63,798 nucleotides of DNA, filler included, from Sluysia triapertura (GCA_046118255.1; 4 parts of 4 records of this genome joined end to end with filler, not necessarily neighbours in it), one strand, 5' to 3'. Shown: positions 12,183-24,944, counted from the first letter of the whole stretch. The notes: generated from the sequence alone by a model not told the origin. Numbers and translations: made by a program.

Positions 12183-13517
12183 CTAAAATATATAATTTGT
12201 ATCACGATAAAGAACCACATTGTAATATATATTTAATAAATCAAAAAATCAAATTCATTTTATTTATTTCATCAATAATCATAAATACTAATAATGCTAT
12301 TAATGTGAGTAATTGTATAATATAAAATTAAAATTTTAAAAATTCAAAATATATATAATATATTAATTTATATTGCGCTCATATCTACTGCGAAAGTACT
12401 CAAAAGCACTTAAGGTAAATCATTCACCATAATATTTCTGAAACAAAAAGATCTTTTCTTCTTTCTTAAATATAATCCTAAAAATTATCCTTAAAACAAT
12501 AAACTACATTTTGTTGATTATTATAATAAATAATTAATAAATATAATATTTGAAGAAAATTAATGCTAATCGTACTGAATTATGCGCGGTATGTTCATTA
12601 AATAGTGAGTGCAACATGGAAAAAAATTATTACACAGGTATTTAATAAAGCATTACTAGACACATTTCAAAACGAACCATTTAGTTCGAGACACTTCAAC
12701 CACATAAGATCTGCCGTTCTTCTTAGTCCATAGCTCAATAAGTTACATACGATAGGAAATTATGCGCATTTCTCAATTCTTTGAATATTTCTTTTTTATC
12801 CCTTGTAATACAAGAAACCACATTTCCCTATTTAAAATAAATGAGAAAACATAGATTTTGTTAACATAAATATAATTATATAACTTTTCACAAAGAATCT
12901 AGAATTTTTTGGTTTCTTTTCATTAGTAAGGTCACTAATTTAATGCTGGTACCACGAATGTCATTATTATAATTTGCTTTAATGACTTTGAGTTTACAGA
13001 ATTTTTATTGATAACACGTCATTACTATATAGAAATTAATAAATAGATTCATAAAACGAAAATAAGCTCATCTAATATAAGTTTAATCATTGATTTTATT
13101 ATTACTTATCTTATAAAATAAATTTATAAAATTTTGACAGAATTTAATGCTTATCTGAACTTATAAAAGTTAACAACTAACGGTATTATGAATACATTTT
13201 ATTTTATGTAGGTGTAGGCCTTAATTTTCAAAATATTGCTTTATCACGATTACATACTTTACGGTTTTTGCAATACAGACAAAACAAAAGTATTTATAGA
13301 AACAAATTGAACAATGTGCTAGCTCAATTCATAACGTTTTACTTTTACTATATTAAATATTCAAAATTTTTAACCAAATAGTCTTTTGTACATTCTGCAT
13401 TTCACACCTTTCACAATTAATGAATTCATAACGTTATTCATTAAAGCATTTCAACTTTAAACCAATCAATTATAACGTATTAAGCATTTCAATTATGCTC
13501 CGGCTTAAACAATTGAT

Positions 13518-14600
13518 ATGATTCCTGAACATGTAGTAAAAGAAGAACCAGTAGTTTCTGATAAAAATATTTCAAATAATTTCGAGTTAAATGAATCGAC
13601 GTCGCCGTCATCATCGTCAAGCAGCACATCTTGTTCAACTTGTATGTTATCTACCTCATTAACTACAGCATCTGAATCTACTTATTTTATTTCTGTGCTG
13701 GTTATCTGGCCAGTTTGATTTCCAATTGTTCGTATTTCTAATAATTCAAATGACTATTCAAAATTACCACTGCTAAGTTCTGTTGCAAATCAAGCAAGTA
13801 CATCACTTCAAGTTCTAAAGTATAAAGACTACATAAAACAATTCCACAATGTCAATCTCATCTTTATTGTCATTCTGCAAAAGAGACAAATTTATAGGTA
13901 AACATACGTTCAAAATCATATTTAATTCGTAAATCAATACCTTACAAAAGTGACCCTTTATATTTTTACTGATCCAACATTATTCATTTCTCATTCTACA
14001 TCTCCATTTCTATTTTTCGGATCATCTGGTACTCAGATGAATTCACATAGTAATTTTTCGACAGCATTATTAGTTGCTGCTTCATTTCAGATGCGAACTT
14101 AGATCAATGTTACGTCGGTCAGTATTTTCTGACTGTCAAAGACAGGGTTTCTAAAATGCCTTCAAGAAAAATGCATAGCTAAACCAGAACGCAATTTTGG
14201 ATTTTCTATGGACTATATTAGCTCCACAACACTACCATTTATGGCTTGATGTGTTCCTAAAGAAAATACAACGTCGCATATTTCAGAATCGTTAATTGGT
14301 AGTGTTGTGATTAATTCGAAGTCCAGCAATCCCCTATATTCAATAACGGACCAATCAAGTGATTGTGAAATCATGCCGACAAATCGAATTGAAAAACAAA
14401 ATTACACTTTTAGAAGGCTAACTAGATATATTTTCATTTAATGGTTGTCATTTTAAAATATGACGTTCTAAAGATTCAACAGGACAAGTCATTTTGTGGA
14501 AAGAATTCATTATTGGAAATAGTCATACTCTTGAAACTGCATGCAATGATTCTGATCATTCCAGAAACCACTTCAATACTGTCGATTTAGAAAATATAAG
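13518..14600 (+). pseudogene. Degraded Ser/Thr-rich low-complexity coding-like region
   Basis: Higher GC than flanks; S/T-rich reading segments (NESTSPSSSSSSTSCST; MDYISSTTLPF..SHISESLIGSVV) broken by stops; no recognisable domain. Confidence 0.3.
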
Positions 14601-15554
14601 AAAACACTTATGTGAAGCGTTGTTTATCTACTTAGAATCGAATCAATGAAAATTAAGTTTTAGAAAATGAATTAGGTCGAGAAGTGCTCTGTATTTATAG
14701 ATTAATTTTGTGTCGGAAACTAATTGCATATAAATCGATGAAGGATTGTCAAATAACAATGTTTAGAGTGATTCCTATTTCTGCTATTCAAACTCTTCTG
14801 TTATCAATTTAGAGTCACTATCCAGTTCTCCATAAATGATAAATGAAACATATTTAGAAAATTAGACAATATCTATAATAGTGCTAGTCGATTTATGACT
14901 CCATGCAATGTTAGTACTGTTATATTACGTTTCTTTATGGCTTTATTCACTTGTGAATAAATATTAGGGTGTGATGTTGAAGATTATATAAAAATTGAAA
15001 GATGGTTCTGTATTGAAACAAATGATCACATTTAATGTAAATTAATTTAATTCAGTATAAAGTAGAAATCTTAAAAAAGAGAAATTTATGTGAAATATTA
15101 ATATTATTAAAAATTATGATTATTAATATAATCCTTATCGATTTTTTAAAAGTGACGCATTTTATTTGTTTTTGCAATAAATGCAAAATAAGATAACGTC
15201 AAATAGAATGATTGCAGCATATTGTTAAAAGAATCATTTAATGATTTTAGTTTTACTTCGCGTGTAGTTAAAAATTTCTACAATAAATTACATGTAAATA
15301 CAATGTCAATGACTTAGAGTTGGCTCTCAAATTTACAATCCTGACCAGTTTTGCAGTATTATCAACAAATGGGAGATGTGTAGCAGATGATAACTTTGAT
15401 TTAACTGTTAGCTTCATATTTTATTTTTCAATTATAGTTTCGTACTTTTGCACTCCTTTTGTCAAGAGTATAATTAATATAAACATTTAATAGTAATTAT
15501 GTCGTTTTATTATTTATTTTATTATACATGATATACATTTTATTATACATACAT

Positions 15555-15659
15555 GTAATTGGTGGTACACATAATAGTAGCTATGATGATGAACAAAATG
15601 CTTACATAAATGGTTGTCATGATCACATAGCTTATCGTTTTGAAGTAGTAAAAGCTTTA
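15555..15659 (+). pseudogene. DYRK2/3-like kinase fragment (DH box and start of kinase domain), cut off at the contig end
   Basis: VIGGTHNSSYDDEQNAYINGCHDHIAYRFEVVKAL matches class-2 DYRK GG.NN..YDD.QG.Y....HDH.AYRYEV.K; no clear AG acceptor immediately upstream, so gene versus fragment is unresolved. Confidence 0.75.
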
Positions 15660-15759
15660 NNNNNNNNNNNNNNNNNNNNNNNNNNNNNNNNNNNNNNNNN
15701 NNNTTAATTAATTAANNNNNNNNNNNNNNNNNNNNNNNNNNNNNNNNNNNNNNNNNNNN
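15660..15759. other. Artificial 100-nt contig spacer
   Basis: 44 N + TTAATTAATTAA (stops in all six frames) + 44 N; identical at 28358 and 49843. Confidence 0.95.
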
Positions 15760-16030
15760 AAATTCATGCAAAACCAGTTAACAACATTTAAAACCTGCAT
15801 TAAAGCCATTTAAAAGAATTTTATTTTAAGCATTTTAAAATATTTTAAGAAGTTAAGATCCAAAAAAAAGTTCGTGTTAAGAATAAGAGTTTATGCGATA
15901 CATTTTGTATAATTTATTATTATTATTTGTATAATTTATTATCAGTATCATTTTCTTTTAATTATTATTATTAGTCAGCCATTTCATCATCATTATCGTT
16001 GCTGACATTAAATTATTCTATTCCATTAGC

Positions 16031-16225
16031 CTGTCATCAGTCGACAGTGCAATTAAAATTCACTCAATATATCATGTTAACAGTCGACTAATGACAGTTG
16101 CCAAGTGCAGCAGTGCGTATTTGCATCAATGTCATCCTGTATACACTATTACTTCAATGTGATTGGACGTCCAATCAACCCTATTTCTGTATATTATCTT
16201 TTCTCTTTTGATTGGACGCCCAATT
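16031..16225 (+). promoter_or_regulatory. Hairpin plus CCAAT-palindrome module upstream of orphan ORF
   Basis: 18-bp inverted repeat 16031-16048/16080-16097 (16/18 match); perfect 18-bp palindrome TGATTGGACGTCCAATCA at 16160-16177; second degenerate copy at 16209-16225. Confidence 0.55.
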
Positions 16226-16403
16226 GTTATCAATGTTGCTGTTTCATAAATAGTTAAAAATTAAATGCATGCATACAGATAGCAGATGGCTTCTCAAGAG
16301 GAAAAACAAAAAATAAAGTGAAGAGATATTGTTGTGTAATAAAAAGTATTAAAAAGAGATAAAATCAATAAAAATTTAACAATTTTTAAATTTAATTATT
16401 AAA

Positions 16404-17399
16404 ATGTTAAATTTAATTGAATGTATAAATTGTAAACGTCGTAATGCTAACATGATCACTTATTATCATTATCACCATATGTATTTTAGTATTCCTACTA
16501 TTAATTCTACTTCGAATAATGTGTTAATTTTACCAAAATTTAAAATCACACCTTATGCCGAAGATATTAGAAAGCTTTATGATTCGAGGCATTGGATGAA
16601 ATTAACATTTTTTAATAGTAACAGGCCGCATTTATATGTATATGTTTATAAAAATAAAAATGATGCTAGATGCAATAATCGAACTGCACATGAACTCGAT
16701 CAATCATTTTATGAACATCAAGATAATAATGTGCTACCTATCATCAATTCCAGAATTAAGAAGCAGATTGATTTATTAGAAATTTTAATATGCTATCATA
16801 TTGAAGTCAAACTTCAGCTTTTAAAAGAACCAAATATATTTCTTAATGTAAAACATTGTATCGTTGAAATCATAAATCTTAATCTTGAACAACACGATTC
16901 TTTATTGCCAAAGTTAAGAGTAATATTGTATGTTTCAGTTGATAACGACCATCAATACCGAATGAGTAATATGCATCAACTTGATCAGGATTTTTTTATA
17001 TCAAACCCGACTTATGAAATTGTTAATGTAACAAGTATAATTGACGCACCCTTATCAACAAATCATGTATGTCATTTCAACAAAAGTTTAAATTACTTAG
17101 TTCTTACTGATAATGAAGCAACATCTACTTCTATTAAATCAAATACGGAATCATTAATTACAAACGTTAAAGAACAAGTTTATTTAACGAATATAAATAC
17201 GCAATACAGTCTTACCAATTCCTGTCTGAGTGATATCACAATACGTAAAGCACAATGTCTTTACCAATCAAATGCTCATGGAGAATGTGCCATGTTCGAA
17301 AATTGTGTACTTTTTATCACAAAATATTTCAAGTTAATGGAGACTACTATGAAGTTTATCACCAAATACAAAGATCGTACAATCTCTTGTCATCAATAA
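16404..17399 (+). CDS. Intronless orphan protein, 331 aa
   Basis: A 996-nt ORF is very unlikely by chance at this AT content; AAAATG start context; internal repeat ending H[EQ]LDQxF; no recognised domain. Confidence 0.65.
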   Translation: MLNLIECINCKRRNANMITYYHYHHMYFSIPTINSTSNNVLILPKFKITPYAEDIRKLYDSRHWMKLTFFNSNRPHLYVYVYKNKNDARCNNRTAHELDQSFYEHQDNNVLPIINSRIKKQIDLLEILICYHIEVKLQLLKEPNIFLNVKHCIVEIINLNLEQHDSLLPKLRVILYVSVDNDHQYRMSNMHQLDQDFFISNPTYEIVNVTSIIDAPLSTNHVCHFNKSLNYLVLTDNEATSTSIKSNTESLITNVKEQVYLTNINTQYSLTNSCLSDITIRKAQCLYQSNAHGECAMFENCVLFITKYFKLMETTMKFITKYKDRTISCHQ

Positions 17400-18258
17400 G
17401 TGAGGATTCCTCTTAAAGCAGGTTTAAAGCCAGTGATCTTCATAATCTTACAAAGCACAAAAACACTAAATCTTGCTCGGTAAGTCACCTAATTCTAAAA
17501 GTGACTTTCAAATTTTTCTTTCATGATTATGACTTTTATTTTTATTTATTACAGTTCAGGAGTTCACAACAGAAGTCTATTACAACAATCGAAAATATGG
17601 ACCTAATGAAAATTAACATAGATTGGTCTATAATTTTAGTTGTAGATATTTCTTATTATATGTTCAAAAATAAAATCTTCCGTAGTGAATTATTCTTTTA
17701 TTTATACGATGAACATTTAAAAAAAGTATCATTTTTAATCGTTTAAAGCAGGAATTTAATAATGTATTTTATTTTTTCTTTAATTGTGGTAAAGATAAAT
17801 TGTACTTTTATTATTGTACATACTTAACTTTAACGCCCTTAAACACAAAAAATATATTGAACTTAATATCAAAACAATTGATACCAAACGTATGTCATCC
17901 AAAAACGATAACCCCAAATGTTGATATAATTATGTCTTCCTGATATGAAAGACTCAAGCTTTGCAGCAGTTATTTGTTCAAACTACTGATGATGTTTCAC
18001 CAGTATTTAGTTGAGGTCATTGAGGAGTTTGAACTTACCCAATAAAATCAAAAAGTCTAAAATAGACTAAAATGTTGCATGAATCGAAAAGTTTGGTACT
18101 CTCGAATTTCAAGAATATATAAGAGAAGTATTCTACGAAATTCATAAAACTGTAACATAATGTACAATTGAAATTAATTAAATGAAATTGATATTTTTAA
18201 TATTTAAACTTATTAAATAAAAAATAAATCAAGAAATAACTTTACAATAACTTTACAA

Positions 18259-19779
18259 TAGGGTGGGTTGAAAAAGAGAAAATATTGGAATAAGTTAAGA
18301 AAGAGTTTGCAATGTGATATGCGACATTCACCAAAAGCTATCACAAGTAATTACTTTGATGGTAGACTAGACACAACTTTGGTCAAAGTAAACAGAAATG
18401 GCAAGTGGTATGGTGACACTACTGTTGAAGATTATTATGTTCTGGTTGAATAACCAGGTAGCAGCTATCTGACACATGTGACGCCTTCATCAGGCAAAAG
18501 TATTGTAACTGTAATTAGAGAGCAAGATGCAAGTGATAGTATTTTAGCAATAGGCTGTGATAGTACAAATGCAAATGTTGGCAGTAAAGGTGGAGTAATT
18601 CGTCATCTAGAGGTGGCTTTAGGACATCCTCTGAATTGGTTCATATGCTTGCTACACACAAATGAACTACCATTGCGACATCTGTTTACAACACTGGATG
18701 GGCAAACATTTGGAATAACGAGTTTCAGTCGTCCCATTGGTCATGAACTTTATCACTGCGAACTGAAACATATTGCTAATTTTACAAAGATTACAAGTCA
18801 ATGCAATATGCCTGCGTTAGATGAGGATGTGTTAGCTAATCTGTCATGTGACCAGAAATATTTGTTTGATATTGTAGAAGTCACTAGAACTGTCGTTGTT
18901 TCTGAAAATTTATCAGCTAGAAAGCCTGCTCCCCTAAATTACTCACGATGGCTTACTTTTACCAGCAGGGTTTGCCGCTTGTGTGTTGCCAGGACAATCC
19001 TTCTGTTAACCTTTGCATCATCACCCATACTTCATTGTAACTAACTATGCTGCAAACTGGTTCACCATAAAGCGCAATACCTCATGCACATATGGTTGCA
19101 AGACATGTCTATCATGCAGCACAACTTCTCAAAGAACTTTCCAGTGAAAATGCTGCTATTGTCAAGCCTACATTAGTTGCGGTGCATATTTTGCTCATTC
19201 CGAAAATATTCTTATTATTCAAGAGCAGTTTCAATACGTCTGTTTAAAGTTCCACCGATTAACTATGATGCGACAAACTACGTTGATCTGATTAACTGGC
19301 ACATTATTCAGGAGCCACCACTCACGATGAAGCTGACAGATGATGATATTGCTAAATTCAGCAATGAGCCACTCACTTAGAATTAGAAGAACCACACTCA
19401 AGGAGTGGAACGTTGATTAAAACTGGTTATAGATGCTTCAAAAGCTGTTTATTCTCGCAATTCAATGCCTCGTTTTGATTCAAAACAAGATAACTTTTTG
19501 CAGTAACTATTTGTTAGAAAAGGACACACCTATATTCTGTGAGTAATTATCATTGCTTGACTTTTGATATTTGCAAACAATATTGATTTACGTTAGGTCT
19601 GTCTCATTATTTGATAAGTCTGCTGTGGTTGTCAATACCATTAAAGCGAGTATTTTCTAAATTAAAATGGGCATTTACAAGTGCCCAGAAATAATTTCTT
19701 TGTGATTTTCTTTTATTTCACATGAAATCGCAAAGTTTTACTGAGTTCCGTGACAAAGTTTTATTTTCAACTCACCATA
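18259..19779 (+). mobile_element. Internally deleted hAT-superfamily (hATm-like) transposon with decayed transposase
   Basis: TIRs TAGGGTGGGTTGAAAA (18259) and TTTTCAACTCACCATA (to 19779), 14/16. Motifs YFDGRLDTT, IGCDSTNANVG.KGGVI, CLLHTNELPLRHL (CxxH), SRWLT, NHTQGVER. Subfamily name from memory; no TSD seen. Confidence 0.8.
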
Positions 19780-21053
19780 ATATTTAATGTTATCACTTTT
19801 TTATTAAGTGATAAAACATGAAGAAATTCAGGCTGTATGCGTTTTACCGAATAATAACATTATGATTAATTTTTAAATAAAATTGTAAATGAAATTTTGT
19901 TTTATTAAAATAATTTATTTCATTTTAATGTTAATTTTAACACATTTTTTGTCATAATATGAAAAAATATTAAGATAATAATTTAACATTATTCTAAAAT
20001 TGAAAGGTTTATTGAAACGTAAATTCACATTTGATAATAATGATAATATAATTAATTTATTGTTTAATTTATTATTATTATTATATTTTATTATTATTAA
20101 TTTACTTATTAATCGTATTCGTTGTTTTAAAACAAATTTGTTAATATTAATTTGTTAATATTTATTAATATTAATATTAGTTTAGTTAATAAGGACATTA
20201 CCGTTAAATTGTTCTGCGTAAAAAATATTATATTTTTGCTTTTCATGGAAAGCAAAAAGTTCAAGAAAAATGTAAAATAAAATTTTAAATTAATGAAATG
20301 TTAAGACAGAGATCAAAATGTGCCAAATTTTATATTTTTCTGATGAGTACATATTGTAAGACTAAAGTGATGATATCAGTGGTCAAAACAATGGACTGGC
20401 TAACGGATTTCAGTCAATCCCTTTCTTGAAACATTATTTATATATAATTGTAAACAAAATAAACCTTTATTAATAAACTTACAAAACATAAAACATAATG
20501 AAAAATTAATTATATCATTTCAGTTGAATATCGAAACATAACTTTGAGATTTATAAATATTATTAAAATTTCAAATAATGAAACTGTAATAGTTGTCAAT
20601 AGTTGACAAACGTACTTTATATTTAACAGAACAATTTAATTAATTTTTAATTTAGTAAAATTTAAATTAATTAAAAATTAATAAATAGAGATTACTTTAA
20701 TAAAGATTTTATATGAAACATAGAAATAATTGTTTACATTTTTATTTTATAAAATATAATAAAAATTGGTTTGTAAAATCTATTTATAAATTTTTAACTT
20801 TTAAGGCTACTAATCTGAGCATTACAAAGATTATGCAAATGCTTATTTCGTCATATATTATTTAATTATAGTTAAAATAAAAATAAATAATTAATTTAAA
20901 ATTAAATTTGAAGCACAAATTAAATAATGTGATTCAGTTTTACTTTTAATATTACAATTATTATATTTTATTAATTTTTTTAAAAAATAAAGAATGAAAA
21001 GGATCTGTATATCAAAAAAAAGTTTATAAAATATTACATACTAATATTAATGA

Positions 21054-21546
21054 CTCCCTCCTTCCGTCCAAAAATAGTCCGATTTCTTTAGAAAGTAATA
21101 TTTTTTAAAAATTATCAAAATAAATAAAATCCTGAAACATAAATTTATATACTCTGTTGAGACTTAAATGTTAATATTGTTTCTGAGATACTTTTAGGAA
21201 TTATTTGAAGTACTTAAACTTAATTGATGATGTATTGTACAGATTCATAAAATCCAAAATTAAAATTTACCAAGAAGCTTTCCAAATCTTGGTAAACGGT
21301 CTTTTTTCATATGACGCACCTTATTGTTGTTACGTCCATTTACTTTCGGAGTTTCTATCATATACTACTAGTGAGAAATAGAAACCTTATCCGAAGTATC
21401 CGAATTCAATACAGAATGGATCAACAGAATGGATAAATTTTGCAAGCCGATTGTTATTGTCAAAAAGTCACCTATAAAAATTTTTTTAAAAACAAAGTCG
21501 TTTTGTTCTTAATTTTTCAAAAAAATCGAATTATGGACAAAGGGAG
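21054..21546. mobile_element. Stowaway-like MITE (Tc1/mariner DD39D type)
   Basis: Left end CTCCCTCCTTCCGTCCAAAAATAGTCCGATTT, right end AAATCGAATTATGGACAAAGGGAG|TA; resembles the CTCCCTCCGT Stowaway TIR; non-coding AT-rich interior. Confidence 0.6.
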
Positions 21547-22395
21547 TATTAATTTAATTATATTGTAGTAGTCAACATTCATAATCCAAAATCTTACAAC
21601 ATCTAAATCACAATCACACTCAACATTATCAATTTACAACAGCTAGATCACAAAAAACATAACATCCGAATCAATCACATTTCACACCATCGAATTACAT
21701 TAACTGATTCATCATAAACAATATTCAACATTTAAAATAATTCAACAACAGACACATCTCAAACAATTCATCTAATACTCTCAATCATTCACCTTACACT
21801 ATATTTTGATAATTAATACCGAACAATCCATAACATTCATTTAATAGCTTATTCTCTCAAACCAAATCACAATCACAACTTATAAATCACAAATACATTA
21901 TTATCATTTAACAACATTAACAAGTACCTGAAACATAGAAAATACTTAAATTACAACCTCGAATCAATTACACCAATTCAAACCCATTTCATCTACACAT
22001 AACCATTATCAACATTTTACAACAACATAGTAAATACTCCAAGATTTATTTTGTAATTATCTATAAACTATAACCTTTTAACAAGCCTTTCAAACCATTA
22101 TATTCAATGCATAAGTCTTATTTTCAACTATAAACCTTAAATAAATTTCAATAATTTATTCTAACATTCTTCATTTCACTTACAACTCAAATCATTTTTA
22201 TCTTCAAAAAAATAAATTTAATACAGCTTTAAAGAAATTAATTTCAGAAATGAAGCAACAACGATAACTGAAGCATAGCATACCACGTTACCGTTGCTCC
22301 TTCACATAATACCAATAGTTTTTGTTTTTAATTTTTATTTTTTTATGTCAGAAATAAAAGAATTCGAAAGAAAAATTCGTGTCTTTTATTTAGAA

Positions 22396-22534
22396 NNNNN
22401 NNNNNNNNNNNNNNNNNNNNNNNNNNNNNNNNNNNNNNNNNNNNNNNNNNNNNNNNNNNNNNNNNNNNNNNNNNNNNNNNNNNNNNNNNNNNNNNNNNNN
22501 NNNNNNNNNNNNNNNNNNNNNNNNNNNNNNNNNN
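22396..22534. other. Scaffold gap
   Basis: 139 consecutive N without the linker. Confidence 0.95.
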
Positions 22535-22561
22535 CATAAAAATCTTTATAAACATCAAACC

Positions 22562-22703
22562 AGTTGCTGTCATCATCAGTATTGACACTTCTATTCACAA
22601 TTTTTATTAATGATGGTTAATCATCAGAAATCATCACTTTTGAATACCACCCAATCACGACAGATATTACTGAATTTACTGTTTGAAAGTCGTGATTGGA
22701 TGG
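22562..22703 (+). promoter_or_regulatory. Hairpin-arm plus inverted CCAAT module upstream of the chimeric ORF
   Basis: 22562-22588 is 25/27 identical to the reverse complement of 49059-49085; 15-bp inverted repeat CCACCCAATCACGAC/GTCGTGATTGGATGG (22647-22661/22689-22703, 14/15). Confidence 0.6.
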
Positions 22704-22812
22704 CCAACCACAATCGACTTTGTGTTAATTAAAAATAGTTTAAAAAACAAGAAACTTCATTAATTATTCTTGGCGGATTCATAATATTAAAAACAATTTA
22801 TATAAGCTATTA

Positions 22813-23310
22813 ATGTTAACTATCCCAAAACGCTCTACTACAGAAAGAGTTGTAAAAAGTATTTCATTTCAACCTAGTCATCGATCAACTTTATCAGAAA
22901 TATTTGATGCTAAAGGAAAACCTAATACTGAAAAATTGAAATCACATTTTTTATTAAAGGGAAGAGTTACAGATGAAGTCGTTTTGAAAATTATAAATGA
23001 AGACGTAGCATTGCTTCGAGCAGAGAAAAGCCTATTAAATGTTGAAGAATCCTTAATAAGTCAACATATTATGATTGAAGATATTTGTTTACAGGATACA
23101 TCACCGATTAATTCCAGAGATAATGTTTCGATGACCATAAAACCAATATTACATTATAAACGTCAAAATTATCGTAGAAAGATAAATTGTGCGATCGAAA
23201 CGTTAATAAAGTTGAATGATCAAAATAATATCCAAGTAACAAATCTATCATCTGATAGTAAGGAAAATGTCAAAGATCCTTATATTGTGCTAATGGTTTT
23301 AACCCAGTAA
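22813..23310 (+). CDS. Chimeric ORF: calcineurin A (PPP3C) N-terminal ~79 aa fused in frame to unrelated sequence; lacks the catalytic domain
   Basis: STTERVVKSISFQPSHR..SEIFDAKGKP..EKLKSHFLLKGRVTDEVVLKIINE...LLRAEKSLLNVE matches the calcineurin A N-terminus; similarity stops just before PVTVCGDIHG. Confidence 0.75.
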   Translation: MLTIPKRSTTERVVKSISFQPSHRSTLSEIFDAKGKPNTEKLKSHFLLKGRVTDEVVLKIINEDVALLRAEKSLLNVEESLISQHIMIEDICLQDTSPINSRDNVSMTIKPILHYKRQNYRRKINCAIETLIKLNDQNNIQVTNLSSDSKENVKDPYIVLMVLTQ

Positions 23311-23826
23311 TGATTAAAATATATAAATATCTAAGATGGAGCGTTCGACGTGTACATTATTTGTTTTATCTGATACGAATTAGATTATTATTTCAATCCA
23401 AGATCAGAACAACTTTATGGAGAAACTACTGATGAGATCAAGAAGACATTTTTATTTATAACTAATCTACGTAGATTTATTAGGAAAATTAATGACAATT
23501 GGTTATCCTGTACGCGATGCATATTGAGATTAAGAGTAAAGAAATGTACCAACAAAAGTCTTATGTTTAGTTCGGAAATTCGTGGCCAAGTAGATGGTGA
23601 TGATGATTCATGCACAAAAATACATTTGCGGTTTACATTCGATCTCGCTGTCAAAAGATATTTCATTACATTATGTTCATTAAAGGAATTCTCTAAGAGG
23701 CAGTTACCCTATCATGTAAGACCTAATGCTAAATTAATATCAATTTATATTTTAGATAACAGGCTTAGATTCTGGATCAACGGAATGCAACACAGTGCAG
23801 CAATGAGTTATGTCAAAACGATTTAG
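23311..23826 (+). pseudogene. Continuation of orphan coding sequence (includes 100-aa ORF 23524-23826)
   Basis: Coding-like composition, co-oriented with the chimeric ORF, interrupted by stops. Confidence 0.4.
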
Positions 23827-24944
23827 TTTTTAGAATTAAATGTAGAATTAGAATTTAGTTTTTAGAATTAAATCTGTTTTAAAATATAATAAAGTTGCCT
23901 TCCTTAAGTTTTGTATATTTTTGTATAATTGTATAAAAGTTTCAAAATTAATTATATTAGTATCGAAACCCGTCAACTAAAATGTAAATTATGGTAAAGA
24001 AATACTTTTAGCTCATAGATTAATGCAATATAAAACTTCTAGTAATAATTCTCATCATTCTTTTACGAAGTTTACATGTTTAGGCCTTGATAATTCGAAA
24101 TCTAGATATATACATAATATATTATCTTTGAATATTACGCGTTTAATAATTAAACTAAACTTAGCCACTTTAGGTCTTTATTTAATCGATCCAGCCAATA
24201 CTCCAATATCGGAGCAACTTGTAAACACGGTACAATAAACAAACTACTTTTATTTTCTTAACAGTACAAATTATCTTTACATTTATTTATTTTTTAGCAT
24301 CAATTCTACGAAAAAAGATGCCGACTATTTGATTTAGAATAAAATAACATTACATATTTAAATTTAAATTTATAACTGCGATATTTAAATACCTTCCCAA
24401 AAAGGTTTAATAATTTAAATGTTTTCTGATATCACATTCTATTTTGACATGATTAAAATTACTTTTAATTAATTTATGAATAATTATCAATAGTTTCATT
24501 GTATTTGGTTGTTGGACGTATGATAATTGAATAACGAAGCTTGAGGCTATTTTGTCTGAAGCTACATCAAACATTTAGTGTAACAACAAAGATTTACAAG
24601 TCTGTTTGCATTAGGAACAGCAATTACTTAAACTTTGCAATATTATTTTGATTATTACATGTTACTGTTTTAATGAACAAATATTTGTAAAATGTAACAA
24701 ACGTTCAAAGAGTAAATAAAAATAATAATTGTTTAATTTTATTGTCTGTAAAACAAAAATTGAAATAAACTAACTTTTGTTATTTTATGTTAATATTAAA
24801 ATAGAAATTCCTACATAAAAATTTTTCTTTTGGCTATTTTATATTTTCTAAGATGGTTATCTAAATGTGCGGTTATTAAATAGATAAAAATGAAAATTAA
24901 ACATTTGCGATATTTTATACAATTGCATAACATTTGTTTTGTTT

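Noticed and set aside
12740-12827. Splice-bounded minus-strand segment as a further NFXL1 exon
   Set aside because: Translation (GNVVSCITRDKKEIF...) lacks the Cys/His zinc-finger pattern.
15704-15715. TTAATTAATTAA palindrome inside N runs (also 28402, 49887) as a biological repeat
   Set aside because: Identical 44N-12-44N layout; an artificial six-frame stop linker.
22294-22598. ORFs 22294-22539, 22343-22588, 22386-22598 and 49895-50119
   Set aside because: Open only because they run through N gaps or AAT repeats.
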